Shown here: one piece after another, positions 1 to 13,461 of the stretch
Layout: every line of letters begins with the position of its first letter
Numbering within the stretch: position 1 is the stretch's first letter
NCBI GenBank assembly: GCA_030324005.1
Contig: JARDVH010000031.1
Coordinates: 35,858,561 to 35,916,082 of the forward strand
Reading direction: 5' to 3'
Source: Negaprion brevirostris
Lineage: Eukaryota
Length of the DNA stretch: 57,522 nt
Translations under genes and position numbers: made by a program
The notes under the pieces: model-generated
What the model was told of the DNA's origin: nothing
What the model saw: the letters and a program-made list of their open reading frames with translations, nothing else
Databases searched by the model: none

Positions 1-372
1 AAGCCAACTCCCTCTGACACCACCCCTTTGGCACTGCCCGCTGCCCAATAGGCAGGGCCAGGGTGCCCAGTCAGTGGTGCCAGGCTAGTACTGCCAAGCT
101 GGTAATACCCAAGGGGCACCCCACCGCCCCTCCCGGGGGGCCTCAGTGGTCACTGTCTCCATCCCAGGGTGAGTATGCCTGTTACCTGTTGGTGGGGAGC
201 AGTTGTAAATCCCAATAGTGGGAACCTCTCCCACCACGAGGAGGGGGGAGCACTAGAAGGCCCGGAGACAACCATCCCTGGCTTGCTGATCATATGGAAA
301 TTAGCACAGGGCTGATTGTAAGGCATAAAAGGACCTGGAAGACTTGTGCATTGGCTGGAAGAATCCCAGCCT
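1..372. mobile_element. Right end of a GC-rich non-autonomous DNA transposon (MITE, Harbinger-like)
   Basis: GC-rich ggcactgccc-type body ending in gaagaatcccagcc, like the ends of other copies in the window. Confidence 0.5.
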
Positions 373-945
373 ATGGTCTCTCCTCTAATGACAGACACGC
401 CATCCCAAGAATCAGCCTGGTAAACCTTCGTTGTACCGCCTCTATAGCAAGGACATTCTTCCTCAGATAAGGACAACAAAACTGCACACAATACTCCAGG
501 TGTGACCTCACCAACACCCTATGCAATTGCAGCAAAACATCCCTATCCCTGTACTTAAATCCTCTCACTATGAAGGACAGCATATCATTTGCCTTCTTTA
601 CTGCCTGCTGCACCTGCATACTTACTTTCAGCGACTGATGCAAGAGGACTCCTAGGTCTCTCTCTGTATCCACCTCTCTGAATTTACACCCATTCAGATA
701 ATAATCTGTCTTTTTATAATTGCCATCAAAGTGGAGAACATCACATTTATCCACCTTATACTGCATCTGCCATGCATATGTCCAGACATCCAGCCTGTTC
801 AAATCATGCTGAAGCATCTCTGCATCCTCCCCACAGCTCACCCTCCCAGCCAACTTTGTATCGCCTGCAAATTTGGAGATACTACATTTCGTTCCCTCTT
901 CCACATCATTAATAGTGTGAACAGTTGGGGTCCTAGTACAGGTGC
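373..945 (-). mobile_element. CR1 LINE fragment (reverse transcriptase C-terminal part)
   Basis: ORF 371..958 contains KFAGDTKL, WQMQY.VDKC, ERDLGV and HLEYCVQF, typical of CR1 ORF2. Confidence 0.9.
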
Positions 946-2595
946 CTGCAGTATTCAATGTATATGGAATTACACTAGTTTACTTCATGTCTTCCATTGT
1001 TATCAGTCTCATGCATTTACATTGTCGTTACCATATTATTGCTATTACTATATTGGCATTATTACAACATTCTCATCCCCCATCTGGCCCCTTCAAGTCT
1101 TTGAGTTTACAGGTTCTAGCAGTCTGGAGCCTTATAACACTTCCTGATTCATTCTGTTGGATGAGTGGTAGNNNNNNNNNNNNNNNNNNNNNNNNNNNNN
1201 NNNNNNNNNNNNNNNNNNNNNNNNNNNNNNNNNNNNNNNNNNNNNNNNNNNNNNNNNNNNNNNNNNNNNNNNNNGTTGTGTTGATCAGTAGGTTCTGCTA
1301 CTTTAAACCTTTTTTACGGGGGGGTGGTGGGGGGGGTGGTTTCTCCATTCCCGTTCTTTCTTCTTGCTATGAGTAGGCTGTTTCATTGCCCCCTGTGGCT
1401 GAGGAAGAACATCCCTGTGTCAAGAAGAAAGTTGTGTGAAATGCTTACCTCTGCTTTTTGTTGTTAATGGTGGGAGACTGCTACCAGGTTCCAGCATTCC
1501 TTCTGGTGGCGGCATGTTGGCTGGGAGCTGCGGTAGGTGCACAGTAGCTGCTGTGTTAACCAGCTCTACCATCATTGTAGTTAGAAGAAAGGTTTCTTGG
1601 ATTGCTGATTACTCTCCTGTACCACTTCCACTTGAGGTACGCTACTAATCTCATAGACAGCCTGGTCTGACTGGGGGTTTTCTGGGACCTGCACTGAGAA
1701 TGGACAACCTTGGTCTCCAAAGAGAAAACAGAGTTCCAAGCTGAAGTCCAAGTCTGAATAATCCTTAGCATTTGAATATGCTAGACTGTGCAGACCTGGT
1801 TGGTTAATGACAGTGCTTGTCATGATGTCTGGAGGAGGCTATGCAGGAATCCCTGCTCTGGTGAGAGAATGGTTGGCTACAGCTGACTTGCATCAATGCA
1901 GAAATCTGTTGTTGCCATATCTCAATCGTTCCAAGATTGTGCCAAAGACAGAAAGTTAGTTTGGTCCTGCCTCATAAAGTGGACTGTCTGTTGTTTGAAG
2001 TCATGGCTTTTGAGCCATGATTCCTTGTCTGACAGGACTGTTACCCTGGCACATGAATCTAAGTTAAAGTGTGTTGGATGGCCATTGACAAAGATGTGTG
2101 CATTCCAAAATGAGAAAATACAATCCTTGACCTCACCAAGAAGCATGGCACTGTGTCTTCTGGGTGTTTGTTCTTGACGATGTGGATTACTCTTGGACCT
2201 TCTCCATGTTTCTGGCACGTTGGCTTGCACAAATTGCCATCGTGTCCCATCCTGTTACAGTAAATGCATTGGGCAGTACTTGCAGGATACTGATCTTTCC
2301 TGTGACGGAACTTCACAATGTTGGCAACACCACTCTGCTGAATGGTTTGGGAATTGCTTTCCCCAACTTAGATTGTGCCTGTGTCTTTGTGGCCTGATAA
2401 GCTGGACTGAGAGTTGGCTTCTGCCCTATGTTTTATTCGCCAGCCGCCCCCCACCCTTAAGATTGTACCTTGCAGAGTTCAAACGGGTTGCCTGGTTGCT
2501 TTGTCCAGTGTTAGATTTTCTTTGGCTTGTAACAGGTCAGAGAGTGTATTGTCTGTTACACTCACCTGTGTCCTTTCTCTGATGAGTTCAGACTA
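946..2595 (-). mobile_element. Degraded Gypsy LTR retrotransposon (gag zinc knuckle, protease, post-integrase region, PPT/LTR)
   Basis: CIYCNRMGH..C zinc knuckle; HFNLDSCARVTVLS aspartic protease-like motif; purine tract followed by TGTTGT near 1070 on the - strand. Boundaries approximate. Confidence 0.65.
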
Positions 2596-2596
2596 T

Positions 2597-3437
2597 AAGA
2601 GGGAGATTCTCCTAAAGTAATTCTAAGCGCTGGATTTGCAGGAAAACTGATGTAAATCATGATTGTTTTTTCAGTGGGAGTTCAGATTCGTATCTCCCAC
2701 ACTCTGTGCAATGCAGAGGTCATAATCGTGAATATAATTAAAAGCTTGGAGGCAGGGCCTATTCATGCCAAAGTCTGACAGTTCCGGGTCTCTACACATG
2801 TGCAGTGGCCCCAATCTGTCAGTTTCTAGTTTGCTGGCTGGCTGAATCACTGGCCAGCCCAGGACCCCAGCAGTGCTGCCCCTCCATCCCTTCCATGCCC
2901 CCTCAACGGTCTAATCACAGTCCCCATGAGCATTCCTGGGCCAGCCCCAAAGCCCCCTTGAGGAGCGCCCCAGTCTCCAGCATCTCCCCCCCACCCACAG
3001 CAGTGATAATCTATCCTGACTCAGCAGACCGCCCCCCCCAAAATGGGAGGCAGACACCCACCAAAGCAGAGACCCTCCAGTCCCGACCAATCCCAATGGC
3101 AGAGTGGCAGCGGGACCCTCCACCACCACCAATCACCGCTAAGCCCCGTCCCTAGGCCCCACCCTCTTGGCAATGCCCCTAGGCCCCACCCCCTTGGCAT
3201 TGTCCGATACCAAGGTACTCCCTGGGCATGGGCACTTTTCCCCTTGGGCAGTGTGGGGGGCACTGGCTGGCACTGCCTGGATGCTCCCCACTTTTGGGAA
3301 ACTGGTGGGAGACCCTGTTGGAGTGAAGGAGGCAATCGTGGCCCCCGGGGGGTTGGGCAACAGTGGAGCGGTGCCCCTGGGCATGGGCGAATCCTGCAAA
3401 TATGTGCAAGTGGTTTGGGATGGGAGAATCGTGGCCT
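2597..3437. mobile_element. Non-autonomous DNA transposon (MITE), same family as 25490-26509
   Basis: Imperfect terminal inverted repeats (gggagattctcc ... ggagaatcgtggcc). Internal segment ggcctattc...cagtggccccaatctgtc is shared with the 25.5-kb copy. Confidence 0.7.
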
Positions 3438-5839
3438 AAATCTCCATATTAACCAATGCTCACATCCTGTGACAGAACGTAAAAATACTATTCTATCCCA
3501 TTCCTTTTATTTTAGCTTTGAGCTGATGTTTTGTTTTGGTTTCATATTGAAATGGAACCCCTGTAAGTAACAAAGTTGATTTCTGATTGTTTGAAACCCA
3601 GGTTCCCAGCCTACATCTTCAAACTGTTCATATCACAGATACATTAAAGTCGACCTCTGATGTAATTTTGTTAGCATCAAGGTTCGATTAGGACTTGCTG
3701 GCAAAGATCAACACTTGTGAGGTGGGTCTAGTTTGGAAGATCAGACCTGATCAGTGTTCGCAGAAGGGTTCCATTCAGATATGACCATTTACCTTCAGTG
3801 CAGGAAGGATTAAATAACTTTCAATAAAGATGAAAATACTGCAAACCACAAAGCTTCAGTACCCAAATCAGGGTGGGTTTTTTTTTAACATAATAAACTG
3901 GATTCTCCAATCCCACGGTAATGAACAGAGATTTCACCGAAGACCAAATTTTTCATTCTCACAGACAGTGGCAGCAGAGTGTGAACAGCTAAAGAATTCC
4001 ATCCATTTTATGAAATCAATTGTTGGTATTGAAACATTGATTTGTCATTCCTCTTTATAGATGTTGAATGGCTGACTGTGTATTTTCAATCTTTTCTACT
4101 TGTACAAATATTTACATTTCAACATTATTTTTCGTTACTCGGAACAAATTACATGTCATGTAGACGAAGTGGTGATGCACTGTAAAATCTTGGAAGTATT
4201 TACCTTAAGTCTAAATATTGGTAATGGAGTAATTGTTTATTCAAGTCTTAAAATGAATCTCTATTTAAATTATCTGGTTTACCATATCAGAAATAAAATA
4301 ACTCTGTGGAATTGACACAAGATCTGATCACCAGCAGAAATCTGAGAGGTGATAAGCCTTCTTGTGAAGGTTTCATTCAAGTATTTTTAAATCACTGCTG
4401 GGAGGAAGCAGTCTTTAAATACCTAAATCATGCTCCCCAGCTGTAAAATCCAATACCAATCACAGAGTGGTAAATACATAAGTTGGCTTTTCTTTTTAAA
4501 ATTGTCTCGCTACAATTGGTGAGACTCACAACTTGAATTGTCACGAGTGCAAGATGAAATTTTAAAGCGGGTGATGACTAGAGGGCTTGAATTTATGCTC
4601 CCTAATTGGGAGTACAGAGAAGGAGAATTGCTGGCTCTGCAAACCTGACTTGACTGGACTGTCAGGTTTTTATTTCAAGAGCCCGCTTGCTCCTTAGAAA
4701 GAGTTCAGAAGTAGATTGCTAAGTGTGGCAGAGAGCTTTGTGAAAGGCCCACCTCAGTGCTCCAGCACTTTGTCCCATCTGTGACAAAAAGAATCAGCAA
4801 AAAACAGCTCTACAGCACTCACCCTTCATACTCCCTCCCAACTCATGCTCCATGCCCCAGCACATTCTCCCCCCCAACCTACCTCCCTTTTGGCTCTGAT
4901 GTCTTCCTTCCCATCTCATGTAGTATCCACTACGGGCAGATCTCAGGATCCATGCTGAAATTAAATCATGGTATTAAATGTCTATTGATGAAATCACTTG
5001 AAAAAAGCATTCTCATTGGGAAAGAAAAATCATTCACACATACACTTCCTTTAACCTCTCATAAGAACAAGCATTTAGACATAATAGGGACTTGGATCTG
5101 TCAATCAAACTGTGAACTGATAGGCACCCCACTGTGAAAATGATAGGTTGTGAAATAAATCATGAAGCACTATTCCTACAATGGTGGTGCTCAGGCTTAT
5201 ACCAACAGACAGAGAGAAATAACAAGTACTTTTTTTTAGAAATGCACACAGCTTTTTTTCCAATATTTGAAGGGCAGGTGTTTTAAGTCCCTCAACAACT
5301 CAAAATCTCCCTTTGACAGCTTCTTTTGTCAGCTCTCTTTCACATCTCCTTGACCATTTTAATGAGCTTGACAGTTCCACTGAGTTTACCCACTTTTTAC
5401 ACACATTCATGTCCACTTTTAATACTTCCAAAAGGCACTTGGCCTCTCCCAAAGGGTGCCTTACCTTTTCAGAAGGAAAGCTCCAAAGAACTCTGGTAAG
5501 TTTAGATCTTTTCCTACCAGTTAAAAGATGCGCAATTCATATTTCCTATTCTCTCCCTTGCAAAAGCAGATCAGGTTGAATGTAGCTGCACTTTGACACG
5601 TACAACTGCCTCTATGAATCAAGGATGCCCAAGGATCAACCTATCCCAGTCCCCCACTCTTGTTGAAAATGGTGGAGGGTGGAGGGAAGGAGGGGGGGTG
5701 GTGGTGTGCAGGCTCAGGGACAAGGCTTGCAGCTTTCGGCCCCTGAGGCCATTTCACAAAGATAGAAAGCCTCTCCGTCCATGTGAAAATTCAGGGCCTA
5801 GTGCTTGGTTTGCTTTTTATAAAATTGCCTTGCTCTCCT

Positions 5840-7560
5840 GTGACGTAGCTTCTAATGATTGATGTATTTGATTCAGAGATCCATTTTTTTCCCTCTAACC
5901 CACTAATACTTGGACCTTCAAGTAATAAGTGATCTCCCTATTTTTCCTGCCAAAATGCACAATCTCATATTTATGTACGTTGAAGTTCAATTGTCTACAC
6001 TGCAATATATTAATGTCTTGTAATTATTTGCAGTCCGCCCCAGTATTGAATACCCCTCATTTCTCTCCCCTCTTTCTCCCACCCAGCACCCCCCAATTTG
6101 GTGTCATCCCCAAACTTAGAAATTATATTTTGATTTCAGAAGTCCAAATTATTAATGTAACTTGTGATCAGCAACATTCCCAGCACTGATCCCTGTGGGA
6201 CACCACCTTCTGCCACCCTGAATAACTGTTCTTTTCCCCCACTTTCTGCTTTCTGTCTCCTAGTCAGTTAACAATCTATTTGACCATTTGACTCTGACTC
6301 CACATTCTCTGACTTTATTCGTTAGCCTATTATGGGATGCTTCATCAACGGCCTTTCGAAAATCCAGATAAATTACATCTCCTGCATTACTGTTGTATAG
6401 TCTCTCTGTTACTTCATCAAAAATTTCAATACATTTGGTCAAGACATGACATTTCCTTTTGACTTAATGAATGCTGAGTGTTCACTGTTATATGTTTCAT
6501 TTTTAGATGTACTATTTTCTGTTGTAGAAGAGAATCCACTACTTTTCCTACCATTGATGTTAAGCTGACTGGGGTCTACAATTTCCTGGACATGTTCTGT
6601 TCCCTTTCTGAAGTATAGGGAATACCTTAGCTATTCATCAAGTTCTCTGTCACTACACCTTTTTCAATGAATTCTTGGATGTGTGCAGTAATTTTTCTGT
6701 GACATCTTTTCTAGATTGCCTCCAATGAGCAATCTCCCAGAGGAAGATGCCCTGTTTCAACCCCCCCNNNNNNNNNAACATTGGCTCACCCAGTAAAAAC
6801 TGCCAGGCTATCCATAGCATGGTGGGCTGAGGCATTTAAGTGGTCACTAGTTTTCCATTTAAGGGCCTCAATAGGGTCAAAACTGTACTAGCTGGTAGAT
6901 GCCTCAACCGCCCTTGACAAAGTGGAGACAAGTTGAGCGTGGAAGGCAGCAGGCTGGCCACTCGTTGTTTCTAATGAGCAAATATGCTGGTGAAAGGGGT
7001 GGGGCCATAAAACCGAGCCTCTCATGTATTCATTCATCCATGAACTCTCACTAGTGCTTTAGTTTTTTCTTTGGTTTTAGTGGGATATATTTCCCTGCAA
7101 TCTGTTGAAGACATTTTATATCTTTCCCATTGTTGTTCAACATTGTTGTTTGCCAAAATGGTTCATCATCTTTTCCTAAGTTCGGTTTCCAGTCCCTCAA
7201 AATGATCTGTCCTCCAGCCCATTATCTTTCTTGTCACCATGCTCATATCCTCCTCCAACACCATCATGATAAATTATGTTATAGTATGGTCAATATTGCA
7301 GAGATATTCTGCTAAATTTATTTTTTTCTATTTTTCTTTACTCAATTCCCTAAATTGTCTGTGTATTTCTTTCTCAATCTCCTTTCCTCTGTTGGGTGGT
7401 CTATAGACTGTATATATGAGTGTGAAGAATCCTTTACCTTTTTTAAACTCTATCCATATGAATTCTATTTTTGCCTTGCAGATAACTGTGCTCCTTTTCT
7501 CTGCTGCCATTATTTAATCTAAAATACACTCAGCTTCCCACCCTCGCCTTTTCACCTCTT
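5840..7560 (-). mobile_element. Degraded CR1 LINE (endonuclease and RT pieces), interrupted by a small GC-rich element near 6770-7020
   Basis: DVIYLDFRKAVDEASHNRL (RT) and EFIWIEFKKGKG..VYRPPN (APE endonuclease). Confidence 0.8.
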
Positions 7561-8254
7561 TATCTCTTTAAAATATGTTATGAGTAAAAATACATAGAAT
7601 AATAACCGCGTGGATTTAAACTGCAGTAAAATCTTTATTATCTAGCATGCACACAGAGTGGGTGGCACCAGCTAATCAAAAATTCCGGTTACCTAAGAGT
7701 TCTGTTTTCAATGTTTAATTCATAATACTGATTTTCCTGTTGTCATATCTTAGTTATCCTGACCATACATCAGGAGTTCATTCCAACACATTGTCTCCAA
7801 TTCCCCTCTTGCACCGCAGTGTGTGTGAATTGCTGTACAGATGTTTTAACTCAATTTTAATTGGGTTTTCTTTCACTTCATACTTTAACCATCTTTTAAG
7901 ACTCTCATTCAATAACTCCATTTATTCTCTCCCCATCAATGTCCTCCCTTACTTTATTCTTCCTTATGTTCTCCTGGCCCTGATATGTTTACACTTAGGC
8001 TGTGGCTGCTGATGTTTCTTGTAGATCCCTGTCCCCTTACCAGTCTAAAGCCTTTGCTACCTCTCTATTTACTCTTCATGCCAGGACACAGGTCCCATCT
8101 GGTTCAGCTGGAGCCTATCCCAAGTTCCAGCTCCTTTCTGTCCAAGACCTGCTTCCATGATAAGGAGACTTTCTTTCCTGCACAAATCCTTTAGCCACAT
8201 CCATGATCTGCCTGATGATATGCCAATTTGCATGTGATAAGTATCCTTCAAGAA

Positions 8255-8897
8255 GAAACATAGAATGTTAACATGCAGATACAACAAACAATTGTGAAGG
8301 CAAGTGTTTTATTGACCTGTATTGCAACAGTATAGAGTAAGAAAGTCTTGCTGTAATTATATAGGCCTTTAGTGAGATTGCACCTTGATTACTGTGTATA
8401 CATGTAGTTTCTGTACCTAGGCAAGCTGTAGGGGCTGTAACGCAAGTTGGACAAGGTTGATTCCTGGGGTGAGAAAAGAGAGTGAGTAGAATGGGGCTAT
8501 ACTTTCTGGACTTTAGAAGAATGAGGAATGTATTTCAACATGTAACTTTCTGTGAGGACTTGACAGAGTAGATGAGAAGCTGTTTCCTCAGGCTGGAGAG
8601 CGTACAACTAGGGGCCATAGTCTCAGGTTAGGGATCAGACACTTGGACTGAGATGAGGAGAAATTTCTTTACTCAGAGGATTGTGATTCTTTACAGTTCC
8701 CTTCCCCAGAAGGCTGTGGATGTTCAATCATTGAATACGTTAAGGCTAAAATAAATATATTTTTAGACTCTAGAACTGGGGAATATGGGGATCAGACAGG
8801 AAAGTGGAGTCATGGTTGAAGATTAGGGATGATTATAATAGAATAGGTTCAAGGGGCCCTGTGACCTATTGGTGCTGCTGCTTCTTATGTTCTTATC
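8255..8897 (+). mobile_element. CR1 LINE 3' end
   Basis: gagatgaggagaaatttctttactcagagg ORF2 tail and terminal cttatgttcttat microsatellite. Confidence 0.75.
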
Positions 8898-10854
8898 TTC
8901 TTTAGTGGATTACTGCGTACGTCTAGTTAGGCAAATAAATGGGGATAAAGCCGGGGAGATTATACTCAATACACTCTTCTAAATGTATACACAGTGCTAG
9001 ATAAATAAAGATTAATTCTGACTGAGAAGCTGCTTCGCTGTTTGAGATTTTGTAGAACATTAAAAGATCATTATGTCAGCCTGTCTTGAGAAGCTCCTGC
9101 AACGAGGTCATGGCTCTTCACATGTAACCAGGTGTACTTCCCAGCTTTTTACAGGTGTGGCTAAATTATTGTATTTAAGGTCCTCAACTGGATGTGTTTT
9201 TGGCAGTAAACTACAAGAGATAGCTAGGCCACTGCCTTCCTACCCACCACCGACCCAGTCCCCATTATACACAGAAATCAGCAACCCACTCACCATTTCA
9301 AAATTTATAATTAACAGCAATTGAAACCATTACTAAGACAAATTAATCTGTATCCTGTACTGTCCATGCTATAAAACGGGCAGGTGTGCAGAAGCGGGGT
9401 GCCTGCTTTTGAACTAAACTTTTAGAAAGACAGTCGGAAGGGAGGCATTGCATTCAAAGCGGCTGGGTGGGGGGAGGAAGCGGTGCCCCTTGTGTATCAG
9501 GGGCACCCCTTTCCAAGATCTTACACCTCTTTTGTTCCTCACTGGCTAGCCTCCAAAACACATCAGCTCCCTCATTCCTTTCCCAATCCCTGGGCTGGAA
9601 AATGCCATTTGGTACGGAAACGCCAGCTTACCTCTCTCCAGTGTCGAAGACATTTCTTTGTGGGCTTCTTTGCAGTCTTCGCTGCTCAGTTCTTGCTCTG
9701 TTGGGGTTACTAGAGCTTCAAAGCAATTACACTGACCCTCTCACCCTTTAATACCTGCCAGCAATGCACTATTGCTCTATGGCAGGCTTTCTTAAATGGT
9801 CTGTTGGTTGCAGACCAACTCTTGCAAAAGACGGGGAAGCAATATGTGCCCCCCACAAAAAAATTCAGCCCATTGAATTTGTTGCCTCCCCCCCCCCCCA
9901 ACAACAACCATCACAAATAATGATCAAGTGCATTTGAAATCCAGAAGAAGAATACCCACCATCAGTTCTTCCTCAAAGCCAACATTAGCCAGAAATAATG
10001 GACTGCTCACCATTACCTTGAAGAAAGATTTCCATTAGATACAGCAAGCTCTGTGTGTAGCTTTCATCTTTCGAATATCAGTTTGAATCTGGTGCCCTAT
10101 CAAGGGGATATCCAGGCAGCCAATGACAGTGATGTCATCAAGCAGGGTAAGCAGCCAATTGCATTGAAGTATTCTCATAGACAACTAATCAGGAAGTTAA
10201 GAGTAGTGAATTCCTCCACTTATTTTTTTTATTTTACAGCTCTGAAAATAAATGATTGGGACATACACATATCAAAGCTAAAATACCATAAACCTTTAAA
10301 AAAAAATCAAAAGTGAAAATGAAATCAAAAATCTAAAGAATTATAACGAATAAAAATGATATTCAAAAAACAGAAAACGTATTTTTCCAGGACCAGTGAG
10401 GCTATTTATTAGTAGTTATGGACTTAGTAAATCATTCAGAATCAAATTACACTTAATTCAAAAAGGTATATTATTCTCAGAATTTCTACACTGAGTCTAA
10501 GTGTAAACTCATATTTTTGTTAGTTCACTGATTTCCAACTGATTGCAGATTTGGGTAACCATAACACTTACTCTGTGGGGAAGCACTTAACTATTGATAG
10601 CAACTTCTGGATTTCTGCATTTAACTGCTCTGTGCAGGAGCTGCTGTCAATTTCAGAGGAGTAATGACCGTGAATGCTGCTAGTCTCTATTCCTGTCACT
10701 GCAACCACAAAGTCTGCACAAGGAAGGAAAGCTTAGGTCAGACAAAAAAAAATGCAATTAAAGTATTTAGTAAAATACAACAAAAAATTAAGGAGAATAC
10801 AAGAAAGCCAACATAAATTCTAAACTAAAATAAAGGTGATTGATGGAACCTTTA

Positions 10855-11010
10855 ACAAAAACAGAAATTGCAGGAAAATCTCAGCAGGTCTGGCAGCAAC
10901 TCTGGAGAGAGAATAGAGCCAACATTTCGAATCTGGATGACCCTTTGTCAGAGCTAAAGGCATAGAAAATAGGACGAGATCTATAATGTAAAGTTGGGGT
11001 GAGGAGAAGA
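10855..11010 (-). mobile_element. Penelope-like element terminal fragment
   Basis: gaaaatctcagcaggtctggcagc...ggagagagaatagagc...tctggatgaccctt; a second copy lies at 31890-31985. Confidence 0.5.
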
Positions 11011-11820
11011 GTTGTCTAATTGATCAAGATAATTCTAAACTTCTCTTTTGCATTTTAGAATCCTGTTACAGACAAGATTCTGAACCATCTAATTTTTACA
11101 GGTGAAACTAATACCCTGGATGGATCCTCACCAAAGGCTTGGTGCCACAACTTAAAAAAAGGATTTTATTTCTTAAACCATACATGCAAGTAGTGCAAGA
11201 TCACATTATGCCACCAAGACACCAGTTAGAAAATTAAAATAGTCCTTGAGTCACTTATATATAATCAATCACCTAGTTTGCTTACCAGTGATATTGTCCA
11301 TGACACAATGCCAACCTTGTAAAATTTGCCATCACCTTGAGAAAAGCAGAGGGTAAAAATATTTTATTGTCTTATATGTGCAGTTTTTTAATGAATTGGA
11401 TGCAAAATTTACAAAGGTAAATGCAGCACCAATAGTTAAAAGAAAATGACCATCAGAGTTCCTTTCAGCCACAGGAATAAATGGTCTCATGTAAAAAGCT
11501 AATTTGGGATAATTCAAAGTCATGTCACTGAAATCTGTTGTCAAATATATACTTTTTATTATTTTAATTTCAAGGATGTACCGAAGAACATCAAACATGA
11601 TTGGACTGACTTACCCATCAGCAGTGATATCTGCTTTAAAGGTGTGTAACACAACAATTTTAAAAAATGCTGGAAGTGCAAAAATTGAGTAGAATACTAT
11701 GTGGGGGAAGGTGGAAGATTTTATGTAGAACACAAGAAAGAAAAACATGTTAATTAGGCAGGATGAAAACTCTTGCATCCCCAAGCGTTGAGATACAGAA
11801 TTGAGCCAGTGGTATGTCAA

Positions 11821-12940
11821 GTATTACACTGGCTTGTGGCAGGTTCATACTTGTAATGTATTTGCATTCCATGAATACGCATTAATGTGAAACACTTTTT
11901 AAATTAAAATCCTACCTTTGGGATGAAGTCAGCATCTTGTAGCACCCAGCTCATGATTATTTAAAGATAACATTCTCCAGTAGCATTCTGCAGTTGGGAT
12001 TAAGATCAGCGGCTTTGCTTGTTTAGCTCTATGGCACAAGGGAAGGAAGCAGGAGAATGGCAACTTGCGGCATGGAGGAGCTGAAGAGGGATCCGGAGGA
12101 GGAAAGAAGGTGGGTTCGGGGCAGTGAGAGTGAAGTCTGGCATCCTAAGAGTACTGGGGGGACAGTCAGTAAAAGGAAGAAAATGAGGGGCTTAAAGGGC
12201 AGTGTCAATACAGTGTCAATGTGTACGTCCACCTCAGAGTGTTATCTGACAGACTCCTCACAGAGCATTAAGTTCACCTACAACTTTTCAATGATCGTCA
12301 TTGAGAGTGATCTCAGATGATCTCCTTTACAAAATTTTGAAGTTTAAAGATTATTTATTAGTGTCACAAGTAAGCTTACATTAACACTGCAATGAAGTTA
12401 CTCTGAAAATTCCCTAGTTGCTACACTCTAGCATCTGTTCGGACACATTAAGGGACAATTTATTATGACCAATTCACCTAACCTCCACATCTTTGAAATT
12501 TGGGGGGAAACCAGGGCATATGGAGGAAACCCATGCAGACATAGCGGTGAGGGGAATGAGCAGGCTCCACACAGACAGTGACCCAAGCTGGAAATTGAAC
12601 TCAGGTCCCTGGTGCTGTGAGACAGCAGTGCTAACCACTCTGCCACTGTGCATGGAAGAGAGGAGTAGCTGAGCCTGCAAATTTAGTTATGTACAACAGA
12701 GTGGCGAGTAACACTGGAGGCGAACATGAACATTCAATAAAGACTGAACAAAAACACACAACATTGTTGCTTCCACTAAAAGGGAAATATCCCTAATTCT
12801 TTTGTAATCAACATTGCATATGAGGCGCGCCACTACTCTGTATTACACCAGCTTATGGCAGGTTCATACTTGTAATAATACATTCCATGAATACGCATTA
12901 ATGTGAAACACTTTTTAAATTAAAATCCTACCCTTGGGAT
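11821..12940 (+). repeat. ~100-bp direct repeat pair (11821-11924 and 12840-12940)
   Basis: Both copies read gtattacac..gctt.tggcaggttcatacttgtaat...cattccatgaatacgcattaatgtgaaacactttttaaattaaaatcctacc.ttgggat. Confidence 0.95.
12340..12652 (-). mobile_element. tRNA-derived SINE (HE1-like head, variant 3' tail)
   Basis: Reverse-complement head gtggcagagtggttagcactgctgtctcacagcaccagggacctgagttcaattt with Pol III A/B-box-like motifs. Confidence 0.85.
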
Positions 12941-13344
12941 AGTGATGGTACATACATGCTAAAGTGAAAACAATGTAATGCCAAATATTTACAAGTGGAA
13001 TTTAATTTTGAAAAACCATGCCTCCTTTCTGCTCTTAAGTCTCTCAAGTTAAGACAATGGAGTTGGGCAAGAAAGTTTTAGCCATGGTGCAAAGCCTTCA
13101 AGAGGGACTTTTATAGCTCACCCATATCTTCAGCATTGTCAATTGATGGTGAGTTTCACCACTGAAAACTTCCCTCATTGTTAAATCCCATTTGCTCCCC
13201 AAGCACTCTGCCAGCATTTAGAACTTTGATTATAATTGTGTGGGTAATGGGTAAAAGAGGCGTACAGTTCTTGTTACGATGTCGGGAATGGCATGCTTCT
13301 GACAACGTTCCAACCTAAATTTGATATCTCTTTTCTTTACACAG

Positions 13345-13461
13345 GATGTTGATAAGTGGTCATTTAATGTATTCGCCCTTAATGATGCCAGTGGAGAACA
13401 TGCTTTGAAGTTCATGGTGCACGAGTTATTCACTCGATATGATCTTATCAATCGCTTCAGG
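13345..13461 (+). CDS. PDE1A: PDE1A exon (DVDKWSFNVFALNDASGEHALKFMVHELFTRYDLINRFR)
   Basis: Acceptor ttttctttacacag, donor gtcagg, 117 nt, phase 0-0. Confidence 0.95.

Noticed and set aside
2805-3570. Cluster of overlapping 70-175 aa ORFs
   Set aside because: GC-rich MITE interior, low-complexity Pro/Gly translations, no domain similarity.
4423-11335. Serine-protease-like words on the - strand: GEHDL (4423-4440) and DGKFYKVGIVSW (11286-11335)
   Set aside because: Order is reversed relative to a trypsin domain, no catalytic His or Ser motifs were found, and the first has a weak donor. Likely chance.
1-13344. Searched for the preceding PDE1A exon (..MVGL.YP..V...LK)
   Set aside because: Not recognisable in the window; presumably upstream or in a gap.
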